From an uncultured Verrucomicrobiae bacterium (GTDB lineage: Bacteria; Verrucomicrobiota; Verrucomicrobiia; Chthoniobacterales; JAFAMB01), in assembly GCA_963793135.1 (NCBI GenBank), contig CAWBYX010000028.1, positions 119,886-183,885 on the forward strand: a DNA stretch of 64,000 bases. Reading direction: 5' to 3'. A program made the position numbers and the translations under genes. Below the pieces are notes generated by a model. It was given only the letters and a program-made list of their open reading frames with translations. It did no database searches and was not told where the DNA came from. Within the stretch, counting starts at the first letter, position 1; each line of letters opens with the position of its first letter. Below are positions 30,464 through 39,956 of this stretch, one piece after another.

Positions 30464-31472
30464 CGGCAAACTCAAGAGTTTGAGTTGCCGCTACTTCAAG
30501 CTCCCTGCCCAAGATCGAAGAAAATTAGCGCCGCGACGGAAGAAAACGGAACAAGACAGAACAAAATGAAGAAAAGTTCTTGCTTGAACCTTTGAAGAAA
30601 ATCCTGCCTTCCCGTATCCGGTTCTTAAACCGGTGAGTTTACCGGACTATTAAATCGGCGCTGAGACTGCCAGCCATACCTGAGTTCGGTGGGCAGCATC
30701 CAAGTCGTCAGGAGCTCCGGGGCCACCCATTTTTGTCGGTACCCAACCTGGCTCAAGCGCGTTGGAAAAAACGTCAGGCCAGCGACGTGCGACAGCAAAG
30801 GCCAGCAGCACATCGTGGAGTTTGCTATCCGCATAAGCCTGTTGGCCTTGCCATGGTCGCCGCTCCCAAAGGAGGTCCTTCAGACTTGCATCGCCACTCT
30901 GGTGCAGGCCGGAACTCAAATAAACGAGGCGCTTTGGTCTTCGAATGAGCGCGGTCAGAATGTATGGCGCGAGGGTATTGATAGCGAACACGTGAGGTAT
31001 TCCGTCCTTCGACGCGATGCGCCGGGGTTCGCGGTATCCGACGGCCGCATTGTGAATGACCGCGTCAAATGATCCGAGGCGATTAACCTGATCGGCCACG
31101 CTCCGTGTTTCGGCAATCGTCGTCAGATCACCGATCACGACATCCTCTGCCTCGGGCACACTGGAGAGCGCCTCTTTCCCTCGTTGTTCATTTCTAGCAT
31201 GCAGGACCACGCCGTGCCCTTGTTCGACAAGTAGCTGGGCCGCCATTCGGCCGAGCCCATCGGAAGAACCTGTGATGAAAACGCGTGCCATACTTCGCTC
31301 GGATTTTTCGTTAGGATTTGTCTATGCATCGCGTCCAATCCGTCATTGCGGACGCTGCGCAAAGCCCCAAATTAGCTTAGATCATCCATATGAACATTAT
31401 TATATAGTACCGAAGTCTCGGCAACCGGTGGCCGTCATGGCCAGATCCGCAGCGAGGACGGGCTTCTTGACA

Positions 31473-31819
31473 TGAAATTGGCCATGCCCCGTCAACTCAG
31501 CGGCAAGGGAGATGCAACGAATCCAGAGACGCTTTTCGCCGGCGGCTATGCCGCCTGCTTCGAGAACGCGCTCCTTCGCGTCAGCCGTGAGGCAGGGCTG
31601 AGATTGGCGGACGAAGACGTCGAAGTCGTTGCTGAAATTGGTCTCAGCCGCAACGAGTCGGGTGGCTTCGTCCTATCCGCCGCGCTCGAGGTCACCGTCA
31701 AAGGAGTGGACCAAAAGAAGGCCGAAGAGCTGGTTGGGTCTGCACACAAAATCTGCCCCTATTCCAATGCCATTCGTGGCAACGTCGACGTTGGCATCAC
31801 CGTTTTGGCCCATCAATAG
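31473..31819 (+). CDS. OsmC/Ohr-family peroxide resistance protein; 5' end uncertain
   Basis: PRQLSGKGDATNPETLFAGGYAACFENALLRVSREAG...CPYSNAIRGNVDV. Upstream the same frame encodes YSTEVSATGGRHGQIRSEDGLLD but has no start codon before a stop. Confidence 0.8.
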
Positions 31820-31976
31820 AAAGGCTTATAAACGCAAATCATCAGAAGCATGACATAGTTCTGAATACCGGCGCGAGGGCCTCTTGGTGAAAAGTGGCAC
31901 GGGACGATCGGAAATTTCATCGGAACGTTGCCGGTCCGTATTGACTCCGATTGTCAAGAATCTTACCCTCCGGTTC

Positions 31977-32093
31977 ATGGGTGACAAATCTCCGAAGGCC
32001 ACGCACAAACAGGCGGCGCAGAAACAGAAGGCTAGCGCTGCAAAAAAGAAAACCAACGCTCCCAGCTCAAAGCCGGTTCCAAAGCCCAAGTAG
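31977..32093 (+). CDS. Small Lys/Ala-rich hypothetical protein (MGDKSPKATHKQAAQKQKASAAKKK...)
   Basis: 38 aa from ATG 31977; resembles widespread short MGDKSPK-type proteins. Confidence 0.55.
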   Translation: MGDKSPKATHKQAAQKQKASAAKKKTNAPSSKPVPKPK

Positions 32094-32254
32094 TCGCGCA
32101 GCAGGGTTTCGCTGTCGAAGTGTGGGCCACCTCCTGTGGGCCTGAGCGAGGAGTCTTTCTCCGGCGAGAGTGTGACTTAGCGATGCGGAGAGGGCGACAG
32201 ACGCTTCGCGCATCCTGAAAGGGCGATCTCGGCGCTATGAAGGGATCATAGCAT

Positions 32255-33799
32255 TCATGCTTTGGCGTTCTCCAACCTTGGAAGGATTGGGGTTGGTTTC
32301 CCAAGCACATGTCCAGACGGCAAGCCGCCCCACTGCAGGGTTCGTAAATGCCCAGCTTGCAGCTGCTGAAGGATTTTCTCACTCGCTGTCGGAATGACCG
32401 GACTGACCATGAGCGCCAGCAGTCTGACGGTCTCTGCCAACGTGTAGAGTACCGCGTCCAATAACTCCGAATGTGCCGGTTCTTTAGCTAGCTTCCAGGG
32501 CGCTTTTTGTTCTACCAAAGAGTTGGCTCTGGTCACCATCTCCCAGGCAGTTTCAAGCGCCACATTCACCTCGAACCGTTCGAAGGCGGCACGGTAACGG
32601 CCGATGACGGAGTGGCCCAGATCGCGCATTGCTTTCAGATCCGGATCGTTTAGCTCGCATGACTCGACACGGCCGTTGCGATAGCGCTGGCTCATACTGA
32701 TGGTTCGATTAACCAGGTTCCCCAGGTCATTGGCCAGATCGCTGTTGTTGCGCTGCACGAGATTCTCTTCGCTAAAATCGGAATCCTGTCCGACGATGTT
32801 ATCCCTCATCAAATAGTAGCGAAGGACATCGGCTCCGTATCTGTCGGCCAAAATAGACGGATCAACGGTGTTTCCGAGGCTCTTGCTCATCTTGGCGCCC
32901 GCCACATTCCACCACCCGTGGACGATCAATCTCGGCATTTGCTCGTCCGAAAAACCCATCGCGTGGAGCATGATCGGCCAATAGATACCGTGGGCTGGAA
33001 CTAGGATGTCTTTTCCTATGACATGCGCCTGGCAGGGCCAGAGCTCGTTGAAATTGGGTAGGCTTGGATCGTTATCGGAAAGATAACCAGCAAAGGAAAT
33101 ATAGTTCAAAAGCGCGTCGAACCAGACAAAGGTGACATAATTCGGGTCGAACGGAAATTCTATGCCCCAGGAAAGCCGCTCCTTTGGCCGTGAGACGCAT
33201 AGATCACCTGAAAGGCGCTCAATCGCGTTGAGCAATTCGGTTCGGCGCCACTGCGGGACTACGAAATCGGGGTGTGTTTCAACGAAGTTTCTGAGCCAGC
33301 CCTTGTGTTTTACGAGAGGGAAATACCAGTTCTCTTCCTCCAGAAGAACGACCTCTCCCCACTCGGATCCAAATTCACCCGCCTCGTTTCTTTCTTTGTC
33401 AGTCAGAAATTGTTCTTGTCGGACGCTGTAATACCCGGAGTACTTTGCCTTAGTCAACTCGCCCTTTTCATGAAGGGACTGCAGAACTCGCTGAACGGTC
33501 CTTTGATGTCTCGGATCAGTTGTTGCTGCCCAGCCGTCGTTTTGAATGCCGAGCTTGTCCCAGAGGGCGAGAAACTTCTCCGTGACCTCTTGCGCAAACT
33601 TCATGGGCTCGATCCCACGCTTTTGAGCCGCCTGCTGAACCTTTTGCCCATGTTGATCGACCCCGGTCAAAAAGAAAGTCGGTCCGTCAAAAGCTCGATG
33701 GTACCTGGCGATAACGTCGGTCAGGATCTTCTCGTAGGCGTGCCCGATGTGCGGCTCGCCGTTTGTATAGTCAATTGCAGTTGTAATGAAGTACTTCAC
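32255..33799 (-). CDS. metG: Methionyl-tRNA synthetase
   Basis: (V)KYFITTAIDYTNGEPHIGHAYEKILTDVIARYHR; KMSKSLGNTVDP; GTG start proposed at 33799. Confidence 0.95.
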   Translation of the reverse strand: MKYFITTAIDYTNGEPHIGHAYEKILTDVIARYHRAFDGPTFFLTGVDQHGQKVQQAAQKRGIEPMKFAQEVTEKFLALWDKLGIQNDGWAATTDPRHQRTVQRVLQSLHEKGELTKAKYSGYYSVRQEQFLTDKERNEAGEFGSEWGEVVLLEEENWYFPLVKHKGWLRNFVETHPDFVVPQWRRTELLNAIERLSGDLCVSRPKERLSWGIEFPFDPNYVTFVWFDALLNYISFAGYLSDNDPSLPNFNELWPCQAHVIGKDILVPAHGIYWPIMLHAMGFSDEQMPRLIVHGWWNVAGAKMSKSLGNTVDPSILADRYGADVLRYYLMRDNIVGQDSDFSEENLVQRNNSDLANDLGNLVNRTISMSQRYRNGRVESCELNDPDLKAMRDLGHSVIGRYRAAFERFEVNVALETAWEMVTRANSLVEQKAPWKLAKEPAHSELLDAVLYTLAETVRLLALMVSPVIPTASEKILQQLQAGHLRTLQWGGLPSGHVLGKPTPILPRLENAKA

Positions 33800-33803
33800 T
33801 CGG

Positions 33804-34181
33804 TCAGTCGCGCACGATTTTGCCACCCCAGGATAAGATGCGAGCCTTTGCTCCCGCTGCCTCTGCCTCTTTGATCTGGCTATTGCGAACGTAGAAGAGC
33901 GAAAGGCTGGACCAGGCAAGTTGGTCGTTTGGCCGAAGCTCGACCGCCTTCTTACCGGCCTCGATTGCCTCGGGGTAGTTCCCGTTTTTCATCAATGTCA
34001 TCCCAAGCGCATGCCATCCGTCGAAGAAGGCCGGAAATTGACCGACGCATTGGCGATATTTTTCGATCGCAGCTGGCAGTTCGCCAATCGCCAGTTCTCC
34101 GTTAGCGTCGTCAAAGAGCTCTTCAATTTCTGCGGGAATGTCGTCCATTCGTTCCTTGTGCGCGAAAATCTCACGGGCCAA
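33804..34181 (-). CDS. TPR repeat protein
   Basis: AIEKYRQCVGQFPAFFDGWHALGMTLMKNGNYPEAIEAGKKAVELRPNDQLAWSSLSLFY. Confidence 0.8.
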   Translation of the reverse strand: MAREIFAHKERMDDIPAEIEELFDDANGELAIGELPAAIEKYRQCVGQFPAFFDGWHALGMTLMKNGNYPEAIEAGKKAVELRPNDQLAWSSLSLFYVRNSQIKEAEAAGAKARILSWGGKIVRD

Positions 34182-34212
34182 AGCACTCGTAAGATTTTCG
34201 CGCTAGATGCTC

Positions 34213-35763
34213 TTATCCGGTTGCTCCATGCCCGAAAAAAGGCGGGCGTCCAGCCTTTTGGAGCTCCACTCTTAGCCACTCCCGGAGGGCAATTTTTTCG
34301 TATTGGCTGTTTTGCTGCACATATTCGGCCTTTTTGAACTCAGCGTATTTTTGTTCGTCGATCGGATCTTTTTTGATCATGTGAATAATCACCGCCGAGC
34401 TCTGATCTTGCAGCAGCTTCGAAGTCTCGTTCGGATTGAGTTCGACTGCGTTCATGGCCATGAACCGGGCGAGATCCTCGCTTTTTCCGGGATCGATCAG
34501 GGCAAACGGTTCTGGAGTCTCAGCCTTGTAGCCCGCGTTCGCGGCCGCTTGCACGAAACTGACTCCTTTTTGCATCTCAGCAGCGATCTTCGCGCTAACT
34601 TCCTTCGCTTTCGCCTGAATGGCCGCTTCAGCTCTTTCTTCTTTAATAGCGGCAATGATCTGGTCTTTTGCTTCCGCCAGCGCAAGCGGTCGACTCGGCA
34701 CGATGTCCGTCAGTTTCATGACATAAAATCCGTCCGTTCCCTCGACGACATCGCTGATCGGACTGTCTTTGGTGAGATTGAACGCCGCTCGCGGCAACGC
34801 CGGAGTCTGAGATAAAGCTTTGTCCGGTTGTTCCAGCGTAAATGGGTCAGTCTCAATCACTGGGAATCCCTTTTCTTTAGCGCTCTCGAAGGTCGACGGA
34901 TTCTGCAATGCGGCTTGCGCGAATGTATCTGCCGCATCCGCCAGTGGTTTCTTGGCCGCCATCTTCTGTTCGTCCGACAGTTTCTTTTGATCGTCGGTCA
35001 GGAGAAACGAGACCAGTTCAATCTTTCTCTTTTCCGGCGACAGGAGGGTATCCTTATGCTGGTCGTAGTACTTCTGTATTTCGGCGTCGGTGACTTGAAC
35101 CGAAGCCTCAAAATCCGAACGATTGAATCGAATGAGTGCCAAAGACATTTTTTGGTTCAGCACCTCGTATTGCTGCTTGAACATGGATTCTGGCAGAGGG
35201 GAACTGTCCTCGACCAACCGGCTGACCCCGGTATATCGCAAATTATCGGCCACCAGGTCATCGAGATCAGCAGCCGTAAACCCGTTCGGCTTCAGCGCTG
35301 CATCGACGAACTGTTGATACTTGGCCGGGTCAAACTGATTATTGGTTTGGAATTGGGGTAATGCCTTCTCGGTATTCCGGATCTGATCGGCGCTGGGTAC
35401 GATCTGGAGGCGTTTGGCTTCGTCACGAAGCAAAAGTAAATTCCACGCGAAGCTCAGAGATTGATCATCGCGAGTCCGGCCTTCCGTCGCCAAGTCTTCC
35501 ACAAAGCCCTGCATACCCAGAGAGAAAACCAATTGCATTGATCGTTCGATTTTCTGAATATCGCCGACGGTGATGGTTCGGCCATTCAGTTTGCCAATGG
35601 CTCCGCCCGGGCCTTCACCGCGGCGCATCGAAGCCGGATTGTAAAACCAGGCAAAGGCGACGATAACGACGATGGTGATGATCGTGAGCAATGTCCGCTG
35701 TCTCTTCCGAATCGCATCCAACATAGGGAGGAGAAAAGTGGATGCGACCCGGCGGATTTTCAA
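34213..35763 (-). CDS. Membrane-anchored PpiD/SurA-like peptidylprolyl isomerase
   Basis: LDAIRKRQRTLLTIITIVVIVAFAWFY anchor; SurA_N-like region; VEGTDGFYVMKLTDIVPSRPLALAEAKDQI. Confidence 0.82.
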   Translation of the reverse strand: MKIRRVASTFLLPMLDAIRKRQRTLLTIITIVVIVAFAWFYNPASMRRGEGPGGAIGKLNGRTITVGDIQKIERSMQLVFSLGMQGFVEDLATEGRTRDDQSLSFAWNLLLLRDEAKRLQIVPSADQIRNTEKALPQFQTNNQFDPAKYQQFVDAALKPNGFTAADLDDLVADNLRYTGVSRLVEDSSPLPESMFKQQYEVLNQKMSLALIRFNRSDFEASVQVTDAEIQKYYDQHKDTLLSPEKRKIELVSFLLTDDQKKLSDEQKMAAKKPLADAADTFAQAALQNPSTFESAKEKGFPVIETDPFTLEQPDKALSQTPALPRAAFNLTKDSPISDVVEGTDGFYVMKLTDIVPSRPLALAEAKDQIIAAIKEERAEAAIQAKAKEVSAKIAAEMQKGVSFVQAAANAGYKAETPEPFALIDPGKSEDLARFMAMNAVELNPNETSKLLQDQSSAVIIHMIKKDPIDEQKYAEFKKAEYVQQNSQYEKIALREWLRVELQKAGRPPFFGHGATG

Positions 35764-35850
35764 TGAGAAAGAGTGGGCGGCGTTCGGCGTTCAGCGTTAA
35801 CCCGACGCGGAACTCGCCCTACCTGCCACCCGATGTTCACCGGAGACCAT

Positions 35851-36990
35851 CAAAGATCGATAACGATAACGAGCACGAGGACGAGGACGATTGGGGAAGA
35901 AAGAGGGGCTTAGGTAGGGTGAGGCTCCGTCCGAACCGGGGCTTCCTGGTTGCCCTGCCCTAGGACTTAAGCCCCTCTAAGTCAGCCGCCCTGAGCGAAT
36001 CGGCACGCCTATACCAATTGTCGGTGTCAAGCGCTGCATACACCCGATCGAAGAGCGTCATGTGGGTTAACGTCATAAGGCGGGTAGACGCGGGAAGCCC
36101 CGGTTCGGGCGGAGCCTCACCCTACCTAAACGTCGCGTATCTTCCACCCGAGTTCTGACCGGCGACGATCAAAGATCGATAACGATAACGAGCACGAGCA
36201 CGAGGACGATTGGGGAAGAGAGAGGGGTTTAGGTAGGGTGAGGCTCCGTCCGAACCGGGGCTTCCCGGGTTGCCTTGCCCTACGACTTCGCCCCCTGTAA
36301 GTCAGCCGCCGGAGCGAATCGAAGAATCGGAGCGCCTAATTGCTGAAAGAACCGATGCCGGACGAACGGCCCACGTTGCTGTAGGCAAGTTGCAGCAGGT
36401 ACCAAAATCATCTGACCTGTCCCCAATACCACATGTCCCCAATACGACATACGACGGATCGAAAAGCGTCGTGGGGGTTCACGTCATAAGGCAGGTAGAA
36501 GCGGGAAGCCCCGGTTCGGGCGGAGCCTCACCCTACCTAAACGTCGCGTATCTTCCACCCGGCTTCTGCCCGGGGACGATCAAAGATCGAGAACGATAAC
36601 GAGCACGAGCACGAGGACGATTGGGAAGAGAGAGGGGCTTAGGTAGGGTGAGGCTCCGTCCGAACCGGGGCTTCCCGGGTTGCCCTGCCCTATGACTTCA
36701 CCCCCTATAAGTCAGCCGCCTGAGCGAATCGGAGAATTGGAGCGCCAAATTGTCGAAAGAACCGATGCCAGACGAACGGCCGACGTTGCTGTAGGCAAGT
36801 TGCAGCAGGTACCAAAATCATCTGACCTGCCCTCAATGCGACATACGGCCCGATCGAGAAGCTCGTGTGGGTTCACGTCATGAGGCAGGTAAACGCGGGA
36901 AGCCCCGGTTCGGACGGAGCCTCACCCTACCTAAGCGTCACCTAGCTTCCACCCGGCTTCTGCCCGGCGACGATTAAAGAGCGAGAACGA
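35851..36990. repeat. Tandem intergenic repeat, 3 units plus partial, each with long complementary arms
   Basis: Forward arm TAGGTAGGGTGAGGCTCCGTCCGAACCGGGGCTTCC at ~35911, 36230 and 36640; reverse arm GGGAAGCCCCGGTTCGG(G/A)CGGAGCCTCACCCTACCTAA at ~36093, 36503 and 36897; AAAGATCG(A/-)TAACGATAACGAGCACGAG lead-ins at 35851, 36170 and 36581. Confidence 0.92.
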
Positions 36991-37038
36991 GGACGAGCAC
37001 GATTGGGGAACAGAGCGAAGGGCGGCGAGCGTCGCACC

Positions 37039-38481
37039 CTACCGAGGCAAGAGACCAACCGCGACCTGCGGAAAAATGCCCAAAACAAAGATAAGTCCCA
37101 CCATGATCCACATGGCGACGAGAGAGAGTCGGCTGACCGGAATCGCGGTGGCGTCTACCGGTACGGGCTGCCAATACATCGCCCTGACCACCTTCAGATA
37201 GAAGTAGAAGCCGCAACCGACCGTCAGGATGCCGAGAGCGATCAGGAAAAAGTGGCCGGTTTCAAAGGCCACCTTGAAGACGAGAAACTTCCCGAGAAAC
37301 CCGGCGGTCAACGGAACACCGGCGAGCGACATCATGGCGACTAGAAGACCAAAAGCCAGGAACGGAGAACGTTTTCCTAGACCATTAAAATGAACGATGT
37401 CGTCGCCGTCGGCATGATTACTGACGATCACCAGGATCAGAAACGAGAGGAGTGTCATCAAGAGATAAGCGGCAAGATAGACGACCACGGCCAGTCCGGA
37501 ATCCATTGCACCGATTGCCGCCACTGCAATTAGCAGATAACCGGCATGACCGATACTGGAATAGGCCAGAAGGCGCTTGAAGTTCGTCTGAGGCAATGCC
37601 GCGAGATTGCCGTAAAGCAGGGTGGCCGCGGCCAAGAGTGTAATCGCGGTGATCAACTTGTTTCCGACAGACGGGAGAGTTTGAAAGGCTAGGACGACTC
37701 GCAGCAGCACGATAAATCCGACCGATTTAGAACCGACGGAGAGAAAGGCGGTGATCGGAGTTGGTGCACCCTGGTAAACATCGGGAACCCAGAACTGAAA
37801 TGGCGCAGCCGCTATCTTGAATCCGAGACCGACCAGGACCAGGAGAGCGCCAAAAAGAAGGCCAGGCTGATTATCGAGGGGAATGGAAGAAAGGACCTGC
37901 TTTATCTGCGTGAGATTGGTCTGCCGCGTGACGCCGTAGATCCAGGTAATCCCGTAAACGGTGAAACCGGTAGAAAGGGCGCTCAGGATCAGATATTTAA
38001 CACCCGCTTCCAGCGAAGCGGCGTTCCTGCGCATGAAAGGCACCAGGACATAGAAAGAAATGGTGACCAGCTCCAGGGAGACGAAAATCAGGATAAAGTC
38101 GATCGCCGATGCCATCCACATCATCCCTGCGCAGGTGAGTACCGGGAGAGCGAAAAATTCGCCCAGACCGGATTGAGGGGAACCGCCGGGCAAATAGCGT
38201 TTGATCGTGTCGGCGTAATCAATCGACATGATGAGCACAACAATCGTCGTCACGACGGCGACTTTCTTGAAGAAAATCGCCGGCCAATCGATCGTGTAAG
38301 AGAGCATCCCGCTTTCGCCAGGGACAGTTACCTGGAGAAACAAGAAGACGACGGCTAATCCGACGATTCCGATAATCGCAAAGATTTTCCGGTCCTGCTT
38401 TTCGGCAAACGATTCCAGCACCAGAATCACGATTCCCAGCGCGAGCACGAATAATTCTAGTAAAACGGGAGGGATTGTCAT
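37039..38481 (-). CDS. nuoN: NADH-quinone oxidoreductase subunit N
   Basis: 480 aa multi-spanning; LLAYSSIGHAGYLLIAVAAIG; LLSFLILVIV. Confidence 0.94.
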   Translation of the reverse strand: MTIPPVLLELFVLALGIVILVLESFAEKQDRKIFAIIGIVGLAVVFLFLQVTVPGESGMLSYTIDWPAIFFKKVAVVTTIVVLIMSIDYADTIKRYLPGGSPQSGLGEFFALPVLTCAGMMWMASAIDFILIFVSLELVTISFYVLVPFMRRNAASLEAGVKYLILSALSTGFTVYGITWIYGVTRQTNLTQIKQVLSSIPLDNQPGLLFGALLVLVGLGFKIAAAPFQFWVPDVYQGAPTPITAFLSVGSKSVGFIVLLRVVLAFQTLPSVGNKLITAITLLAAATLLYGNLAALPQTNFKRLLAYSSIGHAGYLLIAVAAIGAMDSGLAVVVYLAAYLLMTLLSFLILVIVSNHADGDDIVHFNGLGKRSPFLAFGLLVAMMSLAGVPLTAGFLGKFLVFKVAFETGHFFLIALGILTVGCGFYFYLKVVRAMYWQPVPVDATAIPVSRLSLVAMWIMVGLIFVLGIFPQVAVGLLPR

Positions 38482-39956
38482 TTAGCGAAGAGCCGGATTC
38501 CAGGTTCAACAGCATCCAAAACCGTTCTGGGTAGCAGACCGACCACCAGAAGCGCGGCAACCAGCAAAACGACGGCCCAACCGACGTTCATCGGCATATC
38601 TTTGACCGCCTGCCAGCGAGGTAGAGGTTCTCCCATAAAGATGGCTCGATACGCGCGCAGCATATAGACCGCAGAGATAACGACACCCCAGAGGGCAATC
38701 GTCCCGACAACTTGAAACTCGTTAAATCCCGCGCCTGGCGTTGAGTGTTTGAATGCGCCAAAGAAAACGAGGAGTTCAGAAGCGAAGTTCGCGAATCCCG
38801 GGAGCCCAATGGAAGCGAAAGTTGCCAATCCGAACACGAAGCAAAGGGTCGGCATACTGGTTCCTAAACCTCCCAGGTCGACGTAATTGAGTGTGCCGGT
38901 CTGTTTTCGAATTTCGCCGGACATTGCAAAGAGCGCCGCGATGGAGAGTCCGTGAGCCAACAAGAGCAGAGCAGCGCCATTCAACCCGATGATGTTATAG
39001 CTGGCGATGCCCAGAAAGACGTACCCCATGTGCATCACACTCGAATAGCCGAGGGTTAGATCCAGCTGCTTTTGCGAGATGGTGGCCAGGCCCACATAGA
39101 GGATATTTCCCGCCAGAAGAATCAGAAGGAAAGGGGCCCAATGCCGCGCCGCTTCCGGCATCAACGGCAGAGCCAGCCGGAGAAGTCCGTAAAGTCCAAA
39201 TTTTTTCAAGACACCGGCGTGCAACATAGCAACCGGCGGCGGTGCCGAGGCATAAGCTTGAGGAGCCCAGGTATGAAATGGAAAGAGCGAGACCAGAATC
39301 CCAAAGCCAATCAACAACAGGAAATAAACTGATCTGGATCCCGGTCTCGAGAATACCCCGCTCGAAACGAGTTGTTGGAGTTTGACGATGTCGAAGGTTC
39401 GGTGCTCGGGCGGTGGCAACAGATAGAGACCAATCAAGCCAACCAGCAGGATAATGCTGCCGATCGACAGATAAATAGTGATCTTCCAGGCAGCGCTTTG
39501 CCGATTGCCGGAGCCCCAAATGCCGATCATCAGAAAAGTTGGGATAAGGGCCAGCTCGTGAAACGCGTAAAAAAAGAATAGGTCAAGAGAAGCAAACGCT
39601 CCGGCGGCCCCGGCAGCGATCAAAAGGAGGCAGGCGTAATACCGATTTTCTCCGTAGTCAACTTTCGGCGCGAGCCAAACGGCGGCCAGCGCCACAATCG
39701 AGGTCAGTAGCAATAGCGTCGCGCTCAGACCATCGACGCCGACGAAAAACTTTAAATCCCAGCTGGCGATCAGCGGGAAGGCGCCCGCGAACTGAAAGCC
39801 AGCCTGTGCGCGATCGTAACCGAGAAAGACGATTAAAGCCGAGGCAAGCGCGACGAGCGTACCTATAACGGCAGTTCTCCGTGCCGGGAGCCCAAGAAGA
39901 ACGCAGACCGCCGCGACGATCGGCGCGAGATAAATCAGGTGAACCAGTAAACTCAT
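38478..39956 (-). CDS. nuoM: NADH-quinone oxidoreductase subunit M
   Basis: FFVGVDGLSATLLLLTSIVALAAVW; FFYAFHELALIPTFLMIGIWG; LPFHTWAPQAYASAPPPVAMLHAGVLKKFGLYGLLR. Confidence 0.96.
   Translation of the reverse strand: MSLLVHLIYLAPIVAAVCVLLGLPARRTAVIGTLVALASALIVFLGYDRAQAGFQFAGAFPLIASWDLKFFVGVDGLSATLLLLTSIVALAAVWLAPKVDYGENRYYACLLLIAAGAAGAFASLDLFFFYAFHELALIPTFLMIGIWGSGNRQSAAWKITIYLSIGSIILLVGLIGLYLLPPPEHRTFDIVKLQQLVSSGVFSRPGSRSVYFLLLIGFGILVSLFPFHTWAPQAYASAPPPVAMLHAGVLKKFGLYGLLRLALPLMPEAARHWAPFLLILLAGNILYVGLATISQKQLDLTLGYSSVMHMGYVFLGIASYNIIGLNGAALLLLAHGLSIAALFAMSGEIRKQTGTLNYVDLGGLGTSMPTLCFVFGLATFASIGLPGFANFASELLVFFGAFKHSTPGAGFNEFQVVGTIALWGVVISAVYMLRAYRAIFMGEPLPRWQAVKDMPMNVGWAVVLLVAALLVVGLLPRTVLDAVEPGIRLFAK

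Larger units (their letters stand above)
27204..30664 (-). mobile_element. IS21-family element with three ORFs and 8-bp target site duplication GACTGCCA
   Basis: GACTGCCA at 27196-27203 and 30665-30672; contains istA, istB and an upstream accessory ORF. Both ends carry related internal repeats (TTTAAAATCGGATGGTGG left, TTTAAGAACCGGATACGGG on the reverse complement of the right end). Confidence 0.93.
27052..31291 (-). pseudogene. SDR family oxidoreductase interrupted by the IS21 insertion (N part 30665..31291, C part 27052..27203)
   Basis: MARVFITGSSDGLGRMAAQLLVEQGHGVVLHARN...NALEPGWVPTKMGGPGAPDDLDAAHRTQVWLAV joins to SDEARAAVSGQYFYHMQLRTPKRQTSDAELQESLIETCKRLSGVELR* once the insert and one TSD copy are removed (209 + 47 codons, in frame). 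Confidence 0.93.

Noticed and set aside
27270-30494. Alternative IS21 boundaries using GTAACGACAAC ... GTTGCCGCTAC (9/11 inverted match)
   Set aside because: They lack a target duplication, whereas 27204-30664 has a perfect 8-bp TSD and exact restoration of the SDR reading frame.
36270-36883. ORFs 36270..36599 and 36680..36883 with near-identical peptides (MPCPTTSPPVSQPPERI... / MPCPMTSPPISQPPERI...)
   Set aside because: They lie entirely within the tandem intergenic repeat with complementary arms; the similarity is explained by DNA repeat structure, and the codon content is not protein-like.
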